DNA of 64,000 nucleotides from Daphnia carinata. Taxonomy: Eukaryota. A model generated the notes under the pieces. That model was given only the letters and a program-made list of their open reading frames with translations, ran no database searches and was not told where the DNA came from. Every line of letters starts with the position of its first letter. Positions within the stretch are counted from its first letter, which is position 1. Of the stretch, positions 33,704 through 46,619 are shown piece after piece. The translations under genes and the position numbers were made by a program. The DNA is taken from the NCBI RefSeq assembly GCF_022539665.2, contig NC_081332.1, positions 5,332,001 to 5,396,000 on the forward strand, given 5' to 3'.

Positions 33704-36700
33704 CAAACAGAGCACGGTGTTGTGCCCATACACAATGTCCAGCCAAAAACCCCATCGGTCCGCAGTTCTGGTCAGCGTGAGAAAAATAAAAATAATGACT
33801 GCACTAGTATAATAATAATAATAATAAAAAAAAAAAAAAAAAAAAAGAAGAATAAAAGAAAAGAAAAAAAAAAAAAAATAGATGACCCCACCCCCCCCCC
33901 GTCTATTTCTATGTGGACCGTAGATGATGTAATAAATGGACATCGCACAACAGTGGACTTTGAAATCGACCACCCTATTCAATAAATGCGCGCAAAATGG
34001 GGCAATCAAGCTCGAAATCTATCAAAATCACCCGAATAAAAAAAAAATATAAAATGTACAAGAAAAAAAAAAAAAAAAAAAAAGAATTTCATAATAGATT
34101 AGGAGGGGTCAAGCTCTCTGTGGCCTCATTGTGTACCAACTTTGCGTGGGATTTTCGACACCTTCAGTGTGTTATTTAAACATGTGGGGTTGATCTCATT
34201 GTCCACTCTGAAAACCTAAAATCAGACCCATTTTTTTCTCTCTCTCTCTCTCTCTTTCAATTCTAAAAAAAAAATCACAACGAAGTACATGTTTGGATTA
34301 TGCAAGCAAGGCTCGAGAATAAACTTGAAACCATTTAATTTTTGCGATTGACCAACAGCTGACAAACTTGTCAAATAAAAAAGTGACAACATTCGAACTC
34401 GAAAAACGTGTCGCGGTACATCGGCCGCGTGACAACAATAACAACTGCGTTTGACATCGTTCCAGCTGGTAATACGGCACAGATTACGACCGCTCTGCTA
34501 TTCTTATTTCCCTTGTCAACAACTTGCAATTGTCATCAACTAAATAAGATTTTTTTTTTTTTTTTTTTTTCGTTTAGTTCAACAACGTCACCGCGGGATA
34601 TTTGAAAAGCCACGCTAAAAATCGAGACATCTGTCGTGACAATTGCAGATAATAGGGAGGGGAAAAAAAAAAGAAAGTCCTAATACTAATGTTTGCACGG
34701 GATTGCGAGGGCGTTTTCATCCACTACAAATCCGAAAGATAGAAAGAAAAAAAAAAAGAAACCTATTCATTTGGAGAATTCTTATTATTTAAGCTCGGCT
34801 GTGGACATTGCCTGTTACAACAGTTTTGAAAACTGACCGCGCTTGTCGCAATCCTCTCTTTCCGTTGGTCGTTGGATGGACAAGAACATTGGGCTACTGC
34901 GCGTCGACTTGTTGTGTAGGACAGACCCGCCCTTCCGGTGCGGATGAAAAACGATTAAGTCTTAGTAAGTAAAAGCAATTGGAAGCTATCAAATGCCAAA
35001 GGGTTTCAAGAATTGAATGGTGGGTCACATGTTGCTATTAGGTGTCGTATTGACGCATTCTTAACCGTTTCACTCGCTTCGGACGTGGACATTTCTTAAG
35101 GCCGAGGACTCGACATTCGCAAAGAGAAAACCTTTCTAAGTGGCGAATGTAGTTCTGTTACGTTTCAGTTTTGGGGATGTTATGGCATCGAAATTAAACC
35201 GCATTTAACATCCATCAAATGAGCAATAATCTTGAATTGAAAGGCTTTTGACTGAGTGGTGCAATTCGTGTTACTTCAACGCCGCTGTGCAATTGCACGA
35301 TGCTTTTTTCAGAAGCCATGTCATCATACCGGTTCAAGGAAGCGTTTGACTTAAAAAACAATTGAATTTTCATATTCTGGCTGTGTACTGCATCAGCTGA
35401 GGGTTATTGTTTAACGCACGACGACCACGAAAAAACAGCGCTTTTTTAACCCAACGTGCTACGGATTTCCGTGTACGCAGTACTGCACCGATATTGAAAC
35501 GAAGAACAAATGGCGCATGTTAAAACGAATGCGCCGGTACAACACATTAGCAAAGCTTCTCCCTTTTGATTCGTGCAACACGTATCGCAGTTGCATTACT
35601 CAAAATGCCGGTTGAGTGCCAATGATAGCACCCGATGAAACACGTAAAATTCAAGGGAAAACATAATTCGATTAGTAATCGTCTCGCCCTAATCATTTAC
35701 AGAGCCAAGAATAGTGGCGATGAATGAATTCACCAAGTTGGACTGAGCGTTAATGACTATTGGCTGACGTTCGAACGGGGCCGTTGAATTAAGAAATGAA
35801 ATTTTCAAGCAGATTTTATGAGTAAATGGAAAACAAAAAGCATAAAAAAAAACAATTTAAGTCTCGACATGTTGTGTCACAGTCCGTTTCGAATAGATTT
35901 ACGTGGGTCACACACATCAAGTGATGCAAACAGGTAAAACTGATGGTACAGATTAACGGCAGCCCATTAGTTTTTCATTTAATCTCGATTCAATGACGTG
36001 ACAGACCCTTTTCGGCAAACGATTTTTGACATCTGAATTATGAACATTATAAATCAGTAACTGTGTTATTCATTCGCGTTAATCAAAGTAGAAAAATGTA
36101 AAAGATCGAACGTTGGCACGGTCGGGTAGCATGCGTCTTTTGCATCTTCAGTCTCATGCACGCAAAAAATATATATCGCATTTCATTTTGTCTTGTAAGC
36201 TTTAGAGTTCTTAAGTCAATGGCCCTCTTCGAGAGATACTTGCAAATCCCATTAGAAGGTAGCACAAGTATTTTGGGCACATACCGTTGCAATATGAAGT
36301 CTTTTTTTTTCTACACTAGCAAGAAGCAACTTCGAGTGGTAGAGCTGTGTTCGCATTCCGCACGCAACATCGTTTAATAACTTCAAGTGTGAGTTCAATA
36401 ATCCATCAAATCATTAGATGCATTAACAAACTATCAAGTTCATTTGCCACAACCGCAACGCGTCTATAAAACAGACCGCTTTATCGCACTTGTTTACACA
36501 AATATCAGCTTTTCAATGACGAACCTCTTAAACACCAACGTACCTCAAATATGACAAGGATAACGCGACATTTCAAACCATTCAAACATCTTTACTTTGT
36601 TAAAAACGAGTAATGCGAACATGACGTGAAAGAACACGAATTTTACAGTCACTTGATATCTTCTTTAGCAGCGTCCCCCCCCCTATTTTGATTCATCAAC

Positions 36701-39700
36701 GGCGTCCAACCCGACGCTTCCCATTTATTTTATCAAAGGGTTTTTGTTTCCTATTTTTTTTTTTTTTTTTTTTTATTTCATTTTATTTTTATTTGATACG
36801 CCCCAAAAAGTGCGAACGCCACCAGAGCGCATAAAGCCGTTGTTGTTCTCCTTAGTGGACACGGGTCAAAAAGGAGAGCAGCTGACCCCTTCGGGTTTTA
36901 TACACATGACGTGTAAATAGATCTAGGCGATCGGGAAAAAGCGTGGGAGTTTGATTCTTTTCAAAAATGGTTGGCCGGTTTTTATAAAAACAACAAAAGA
37001 AACGGAAGGGTCAGCTGTTTTTGCGGCCGTCGTAAATCTGGCCCCGTCCCGGCATCAAATTCAATATTCACGATATAATTACATTCGCATTTAGCCTATC
37101 ATTTCAATAATTCATTGGTTGTGAATTGTCAAAGCTTTAATATGGGGGTAGGGAAAAAAAAATGCAAATCAGTTCGACACTCGAAAAGCTACCGTCTTTT
37201 TATCAACCCCCCCATTGAGAATACTTTCTTGCCCAGCAATTGTGGGGGAGTAAAACTTCTTGCTACCCATGAAAAACGTTGAAATATTTTCGAATGACAT
37301 AAAAAAAAAATCCTCAAAATGTACCCAAAGATTTAAAAAAAAAAAATTATAATAAAATGTCGAAAAGGGTATAGCCGAAAAAAAAAAAAAAAAAGAGCTG
37401 GAGAGGGGAGGGTATATTTATTTTCATTTGATATGTATGAAAGACACACCGTACGTAAAAGTTGAGCACGCGCCGTTGACCGATGGGGCGGCGACGTGCA
37501 GCGGTCATCAACTTTTCCCTATTGTTGCAAACTGAAAAACTCGGACTTTTGCGATGGATACACACACAAGTTGAAATACTTTTTCGGGGTTCCACACACA
37601 CACACACACAAGCAGATGGTCACTTGCAATATATTTTATAATAACACTATCTACGTAGCTTGTACCTTTTTATATGCATTTGTAGCAAACCTCCCCCACG
37701 GTTCGCTCTTGACCAAGGGTCAAGCTGCTCCTCTCTTTTTTTGCGCGCACGGCCGTTCGAAAGTTGGCTGGACTTGTTTATTACAATATATATATATATA
37801 TATATACATATCTAGAGCAGGGCCATTAAAGAAGAGCGTAGGGTGGGGGTGTGTCTTTTGTTCCGATGCGCATAACAACAAGAAGCGACAAACAAACGAA
37901 AAATCGGTCCACCCCCCCCCCTTTTTTCTCTTATAGACACACACCGTGTGTGTGTGTGTGTGTGTTTTGATGCTGTAAAAATAGAGCAGATTGAAACAGT
38001 TTTCCTTCCAGTTTAAGCTTGTTTTTAGAATAAAATATGCGGGGCATAATTTCAAAAAGGGGTGGAATATCGGCGTTAACAATTGTGAATCAAATTGGAA
38101 GCAACTGGTGACAATGACAAAGCCAAATCGATTCGCATTTTCGATTTGAAATGATTTCTCATTGGCCATCTGTAACTGTTTCAATTCTGCTCGAGCGTGT
38201 CCATTTTTTTTTTTTTTTTTTCATTACAGAAATTAGTAGAAAAGAAAAAATTGTTTTCAATTATTTTCGCAACATCCGGTGCGGTGTTATCGACACACTA
38301 AAAAAAAAAATGCGGATGGTACAGGAGGGTGTCATCAACTCGCCACTTATTACCCCCTCTTAAAAAATAAAAAAAAAATGAGGGAAAGGCTGTGCAAAAA
38401 AAAAAAAAAAAAAAAACCATTTCGGTCCATCTATTTTTTGTCCCCCCTTCACCAACACTTCAGTCTAAGGGTCTACAACTATCATTTGCGTGGCGTAATG
38501 ACGAGACAGAAAAACACGGTCATCAATGACACAGAAAAACACGACACGTTGATGATATGTAGGCATACACACACACACAAAAAAAAAAAAGGGTGTCGGA
38601 AACGAAAGAGGAAGTCCGCTATTCAACACAAGGCCCTAATAGGGATGTAACAAAAGACGAACGGCATTTTTTTTTTTTTGTTTACAAGATTTCCCTTTTT
38701 ATTTAAAAAACAATCGGTTGAGTGGAAATCGATAGAAATAATAATAATAAAAAAGTACATTCCATAAACCATTTGATACTCGATTGAATCCATTCAATGT
38801 CTACAATTTTTTTTTTCTATTTTATTTATTATTATTTTGGCAAAAAAAAAAAAAAAAAAAAAAAAGAAAATTTTTTTTTTTTTTCACTAGATTCTCTTCG
38901 GTATGTACTTTCTTTTTCATTGTTGTTGTTGTATTATTGAAGCTGGCGCCGCATATTTTTTTGTCTAGATGTCTCTGCCCTTTGTGCGACATGTGAACAA
39001 TGACAAGTAGCCTGGCCAAAACACACAGAAAGTTCCCTCATATGTAATAATAATCATCATCATAATAATTCAGAATAAAAGATGCAGTAGCTTGCCGTAG
39101 GAATGTATATACATTTCTAACTCATCGGAAGACATGGAAAAAGATGAGTCGGCAACGAAACAGAGAAATCGGAGAAAACTGTCAGACGAAAAACTTGTCC
39201 GCGTGTCTATTGTTCACGGCGACATCGAGCCGCATCAGCAGCTGTGTCTCATTCTTTTTTTTTTTCTTTTTTTTTTCTTTTTCTCGATATTTTTATGTTG
39301 CCATATTTTATTTCGTAGTACAAGTAGATCAAGTATCTAGTTTAATATTTTCATACTGAGAACAAGGCATCCAAATAAATTCATTTTTTATTTGGCTCAT
39401 CGGTGAGGACATTTTTGCTGTCAACGAAAGCAGAACAAAGTTGCAGCAGCAAACCAAGTTTTTGAAAGTCTGCGAGCTAAGCAAAAACCAAGATTGGCCT
39501 CCCCCCCCCCTCAATAAATAGTGACACAACAATGTGATCAAGTTTGAGAGACCGAACACATGTTTTCATTATTCAGGTCCCAGAGCCTCTTCAATTAGTT
39601 ATTAGTTCAGCAACGACAAAAACAAAAGGAACCCTCACAATCAAAAGGTCACTTTCAAAACAACAGGTTATTTAATTATATCTCCCTAGTTATGAAAACA

Positions 39701-42700
39701 CTGTTTTCCTACGACGATGAAAGAATACAAACAAATAACACAAAAACATGGATGAAGGGGTTAGGTGTGTTGACACATCACTCCCCTCGTGTCCCCTGTG
39801 TTACAAACAGCGCAAAAAAAAATTGAACGAAGGTGACGAATGCGACAGAGCGTAGCAGATTACGACAAAAACATAGCGATCCGCCCTCTTTATGAATACA
39901 CAATATTTTTTTTTTTGCCCCCTACTATTTTTTTTTTTTGCGTATTATTTTTTACCTTACCGCATCACTTGCCACCAACTCCCCCTAACAGAAGGGTGTG
40001 TTTGCATAACAAACACGTAGGGCAAAAGAAAAAAAAATTATCTCAAGTGTTAGGGGGGAAATAATTTAATTACATTTTTCGTTAACGTAAAAAATAAAAA
40101 TCAAGAGTGTTGTTAGACAAGGTAGACAAAGACGTCAAAGACATCTTTAATCGAATCTGACAACGCAACAACAATAATAAAGGATATAAGGAAATGTTCT
40201 TTTTTTATTTGTTATAAGAATCGCCTACTGTGTTAAGAGTTATCGCATCCGAGCGGAAGCTTCTGCCTATCAATAAAAACGAAGACTCTCAACTGTAGAA
40301 AAAAAAATGTGTTTCCTATTGAATATCGAAATCTAAAGGCACGTGGTGGTGAATAGAGCAGTTGGCAGACTGCCCCTTGATGAGAGGCTATTGAGGGTTC
40401 CACATTTTTTTTTTATCCCCCTCCTAAAGATAAATCGCATTTGGAGAAAAACTGAGGGGTGAAAAAAAAAAAAAAAATGATAAAAAAAAAAAGTACGGCG
40501 GTGTCACAAAAGAACCGAATGACATAATAGCAGAGGCTGCCAGATGCCTATTCACTTTTTTTTTTTCTATTTTTTGATATCTGAACCATCGAGCGTGTGT
40601 TTTGATCATCTAGCACGCGCTACACCAGTCAACTACCGTTGATGTACTCCGCCATTTTTTTTTTGCTTTAATTTTGATGGATGGGATAACACGATCGCCA
40701 AACAGGTGGCAAAATAAATTTACATATTCAAAATGAAAATTAGAAAAGTTTGTTTCTAATATCTGAAATGAATCATTAAAAATAACAGTTGATTTAGATT
40801 TTTTTTTTTTTTTTTAAATGTGCGCGGAAGAACAGCTGCTGGGTACGGTTACGTATAGTAGCCTAATATCGAAGGGCGGGGGCGGATGTCCGCGATAGAA
40901 CGTGACGTCAACCATCATCCAAAAACATAAATCTCTATATACCCTTGAAATTTTGACGTCATCGATCACCACAAAAACCACACATCTTTTTTTTTTTTAT
41001 ATATATATATAAATAAAAAATAAAAAAAATACCTTTCCTCCCTACTTGACATGGCGTATACAAGAAAGAGGACGTGCTACATGTCGCCGTAAAACCAACA
41101 CGACGGTGAATGACATCCACGCGCGCGGATGTGCACAATGGACTTTCCATTTTTCCGAAGAAAGAAGAAAAAAACTTGCAAGAGGAAACATTTTTTAGTA
41201 CTTCCCTTTTCATGTGCGTATGTTTATGTGTCGCCCAATGGTCTTACGTCGGTTACACACACACACACACACATTGAATAGGAGGGGACACACGGATTTT
41301 TTCGGACAATAAAAAGGAAAATTTTTTTTTTCCCTCTCTCATTTCCTCCCTTATAAAAAGGGACACGTTAGAAAAAATCTGTCGTCAATCCCCCCCCCTT
41401 ACATAACAGCCTACCATCTTCCCCTACGATAAGGCGAAAACCCAATAGAAAAAAAAAAAATCGTATAATACAAAAGAAGGAAGGGAAATGTATTTAAAAA
41501 AAAAAAAAAAAGGTCGAAAAAATCTATTTGGTATAAAGCGTCTCTTTTGGTGATATAAAAGAAAAACCGTTGGCTACGTGTGTGTGTGTGTGTGTGTATG
41601 TAAGGCCTACACACACACACACACTTTTTTTTTTTTTAGCATTTTTCGAAAAACAGATATTGAATTTCTGTCATTACAAGATGGGCAGATATTATGTTAA
41701 AGATTTTCTCCTCGGGGGAGGGGCTGTGGCTTTTCTTTTCTACAACAATTGATGTGGAAAGATCAAGGACCTCAAATCGAATAAGACCCTGTCTCATTTT
41801 TATTACCGCAAAGCTTTTTTTTTTTTTATGTTCCCCCCCATCCATTTTTTATATCAAGTTGAGTTTTTTTTTTTGCCCTTATAGCACGTGCCTTTTTTTT
41901 TTTTTTTTTTGGTTTAGATTGGGGAGGGTTGTTGATACAACAAACACGAGATGATCCTCATCTAATAGGGGGATAACAGCACACAAAAAAAAATGTTTAA
42001 AAAAAAAAAAAAAAACAGCCCCTCTTACATAAAAAATAGGGATTCCCCACAGACACACCCATCGAATAAAAAAAACTGTAGGGAATCCACTTACTTAACA
42101 AGTGGATTGTTACGTCATCAAAACCACTTGTCAAGGATTCCCGATTACCCCCCCAAAAAAAAACATTGCAATTTTTTTGTTGGTGGGAGTAAACATTAAA
42201 TCCCCAGAAATTAGTTTTATCAGATAAAAAAAAAAAAATGTTTTTATCATTGGATTTTTTTTAAAAAAAAAAGCAGATGTTGACATTTTTTTTTTTTTAC
42301 GTACTCAGAAAAAAAAAGCCAACCCATCAGAAATTCTAAAAAGAAAAAAGTCAATCGATTTTTGTGTTCCCCCACAAAAAATTAATACCGACATGTCGGC
42401 CCTCGTTTGCGTCCCAACATTTTACGAGGATTATCTTCATCCAACTGGCCATCGACTCTCTCTCTCGAAAAAAAAATGCAGGGTACAGGCTACTCACTTA
42501 TGTACATCCCCTACATCCGCAAAAGTTAATCCATTTTTATTCCGGTTTAAAAAAAAACAAACAAAAAACTTGTGAGCGGCTCCGTCTGTGGTTTGTGTCC
42601 CATCAAAAGGCTATAAATATAACAGGCACGCAATCCATGTTAAGTTGACATTTCCATCATCCCCTCTTTTTTTTTTTTTTGGTTCAAACAAGTTCCTAGA

Positions 42701-43381
42701 GTTATTTTTTGTTGTTGTTGTTGTTGTCTACCTTTCTTTTTTGTACAGTTCTCGGAAAAAAAACGTTGACGACTTGCAGCATCGACCCAAAACAAACAAA
42801 GTGATCACTCTTTGTTACGTGTTGTCGGGGCTGTTGCTATTTACGGGAGACAACGGATGTGACTTGGCTTGTCACGACCCTCAATATTTCGACCTCATCG
42901 CTATTATTATCAATCCTAAAAAAATTTTCTAAAAGAAATTCAAACATCGCGCCAATATATTAGCCATTTTTCTTTGGCTTGGAGAACAGGCAGTTCAAGA
43001 AGCTCAAATGAATAATGAGCTGAAAAAAAAAAAGGGGAGAACCCGCAAGAGGGCGTTAGACGAAAATCTAGGTCAAAAAAACACATTCTCCTAGAGCTAG
43101 AGGGTTAACAAAAAAAAAATGAAAGATAAATAGCTATGGGCTTCATCAAAGTGTCTAGTATAAAAGAAGTAGACAAAAAAAGAATGATTTCTATAACATC
43201 ATTAACGTTAAAAAAAAAAAATGATCCCCTCTGTTTGGTAGGAGAATAATCGTTACATGTTGCAGCGCATCTGTTTGGATTCATGTCATTATTTAATGAC
43301 CCCAACCATTTCACAGAATGGGATCATTTTTTTTTTTTAGAGGGGGATCTTTTCGCAAAAAAAAAAAAAGGTCGTAACTCG

Positions 43382-43412
<31 letters not shown>

Positions 43413-43747
43413 GTTGAGGCCAATGACCACAATGTTAAGGGTGTGTATAACGATCAACGGTATACGTAGGGAAGAAGAATGAAAAAAAAAAAAACAAGTT
43501 CCGTTTTTTTTTTTTTCAGGTGAACCTCTTTATAAAAAAAAAAAAAAAAAAATCCCTAACGGACACCCAAACCCTTCAGGAAAAAAGGATAAAAAAAAAA
43601 AAAAAGAGGGGTGCAATAAAAAAAAAAATGGGAGCTACTGTTTGCAAAGGCTGTAAAATTTAAAAAAAAAATGGACCTGAAATTCTTTAAGAAATGTGTC
43701 CTCTTTTTTTTTTTCTTCCTTCCATCTTTAAAAAAAAAAATGGAAGG

Positions 43748-43778
<31 letters not shown>

Positions 43779-44313
43779 TCCCACACACAAGTGTCCATCA
43801 ACTGTCTTGTGGTACGTTGTAAAATGTCACTTTGGCAAATAAAAAAAAAATGCCAAAAATGAAAATACAGTACACACACACACATCAAACACGGGAAAAT
43901 ATCTTTACGATTTATAAGTGCCATATATCATGCGAAGACGATGTTTGGCACATCTCTATATATTTTTGTATTTTTTTTTTTTTTTCAAATTTATGAATGC
44001 GAAAGGAATGAACATTTTGTCTCAATTCTTAATCGAAATCTATTTTTAAATACATTCAACCAACTTGTACGTCTGGAATTCACTCGTTTTTTTTTTTTTT
44101 TTTTTTTTTTTCACGTCGCAAACTAAAACAAAAATGTTATTCCGTCTCTTCCGCTTGGTTAGTTCTACATTTTTCTACAGTTCAATCACCAACGAAACTG
44201 ATTGATAACGTTTTTAACAAGAAAATCGCCCCATCCCCCCCACATACACAAAAAAAAAAAAAAATTCGCAAGAAACATTTTTACAATATAATAAAAAAAA
44301 AAAAAAAAAGATC

Positions 44314-44569
44314 TGGGCGGAGCTTATGGCTAACTCCGCCCACTCTCCAATGACGGACGTATAAGGCGCAACCCACCCCAACTTACTACCAGTACTGCAC
44401 GCTATCCCAGTTGTTTGTACTCTAGTTGTTACTATTCACTAGCAGCAGAAGAGGGGTGGAGAATAGGCAAGATATATACCCCCACAGAGAGTGAGAAGTC
44501 TAGTGCCAGTAATCAAGTCTACGCGCACCGGTGAACTTGCTCGCAATCGACATTGTCAGTGTCTCCGGC

Positions 44570-44603
<34 letters not shown>

Positions 44604-44785
44604 GACATTCGTGTTTATTTTATTTGCATATCCTGCGTGATCGTGAAAGGGAAAAAACAAAACGTGAACATTTTTTTTTTTTGAGACTTCAGTGCTGTGA
44701 AAAAGAAAACATTATTTTTCTGAACTTGGAACGTTTCGTTGAAGCTTTTGGTGTTTAAAAAAAAAAAGGGCCAACTAGACCGAGA
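44314..44785 (+). promoter_or_regulatory. Candidate distal hb promoter and non-coding exon
   Basis: Inverted GC boxes at 44314-44342, CCAAT at ~44347, TATAAG at 44360, CCAGTA with its A at 44391 (31 nt after TATA), and a strong donor GA|GTAAGT at 44786. Confidence 0.5.
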
Positions 44786-46267
44786 GTAAGTTTGTTTTTT
44801 ATTTATTTTTCTTTTCTTTTTTTCTTCGTTTTTGTTTTTCTCCCGAGTTGTATTTATACCCCCCCACGAGAAAGAAAGAAAAAAAAAAAAAAAGGGAGAG
44901 ATGAGGGGTTATGTGCTGATATAACCCACGCAGACACAAACACGTACGAGGAAAAACACCATCGTCTTTTCGTTTTTCTTCATCTTATTTTTTTTTTTTT
45001 TTCGAACTCAGAGGGGAAATGTTGTGTACCAAAAACCCAACCCCGAGAACTGGGGAGAGATGAGGGGGGGTAGAAAACAAAAAGTGAAAAAAAAAAAGAA
45101 TGTTGTTTACTGTTACACCACTAAAGATTAAATAGAAATCCATTGACCCCTTTTTAATTTTTAATGTGTGAATTTTCTATCCGGCACTCAACACGTTTTG
45201 CGTTTTTAAATGATTCGAATCCCGACATTCGAAATCCATTGATTACCAACCCCCTTCAAAACAGTCTTCAAATCTTCCAAATTGATTCAATTATCAAAAT
45301 TCAAACAAATTAAAACATTACCTGTTTGAATTTTGTTTTTCTAAATGCGTGTCCTCGAACTGACTAAACAACTTGTTATTTTTTTTTTTTTTTTTTTTTT
45401 TTTTGAAAAATCCCCTTCGAGATTTAAATGTCAGGATCAAGGACGACAATTACAAAAGCGATTGCGCCTTGTTTTTTTATTCTTCTTTATTTATTAAACG
45501 CGCTCCTCCCCGTCCACTGAAATCAGTCACGTTCACTACGTCCCGTCCCTCGTATTTGTATCTCACGCGCGCGCAAACAAACAAAAAAAAAAAAATAAGA
45601 AGCTCAGACGGGCGGATGACCGGGTGTCGTCATGACAACCAGATAAAAAAAAAAAACGGCTCCACGTGTGACACACTTTTAAATATATATTTTTTTTAAA
45701 CCTTCTTTTCTTATTCGATTACTTCAAAAAAAAAAAAAAAATTCGCAGCTGCGGCAACGGTGCACAAGTTCTCGGGAAACAAAATAAAATAAAATCTTTA
45801 AGTACGTGTTAATCGAAAAAAAAAATAAAATAAAATAAAAAATAAATAAATAAATAAAGAAGCGAAATGATAACTAAAATTCGAATGTGGGGCGCGAAAG
45901 GCACAACAAGCCCCGGGAGTGACCGAAGAAGATTATAGAGACGGGAGTCCAGGGCAGCCCCGTGGACCCACAGCAGAGTCTTCGTTGTGTGTGGGCGGGT
46001 TTCATTTCTGTATATACTGACGGGAGAACATATAAGGGAAAAAAAAAAAACAAAACAAAAGACTCTTCCACGTGTCGTGACAAGTTTCTTTTTTTTTTTT
46101 CTTTTTTTTTTTACGATAAGCTTCCTAACAACGGGATTTGTGTTACAAGAAAAAAAAAAAAAATTTAATGACGTGCGACACACAGCTGTTTACACAAAGA
46201 CGAGACGTGGGAGGAAGGGAAGTGTTACGGGAAGAGGCTGAGATTAATTCATTTGCAATTTTATCCC

Positions 46268-46300
<33 letters not shown>

Positions 46301-46580
46301 AAATTTAAAGAAAATTTAGAATTGAATTTGGGCGCGGACATTTGAGCAGAAATTTGAATGAAACTTGATTTTTTAAATTAAGAATTTGTTTTCTATGAAT
46401 CACGGGAACTGTTCTTTTTGAATTGGCTCGACAGCCAAATAATTTCACGCGAAAAACAAATCACTTGTCCCTTTTTTTTCTTTGAAAAAAAAAAAAAAAA
46501 AAAACATTGTGTCGCTATTTTTAGAACTATCTTTGTCTGGAAAGAAGATGGCTGTCTGACTCTTTCGCACAAATGAGTCT

Positions 46581-46619
<39 letters not shown>

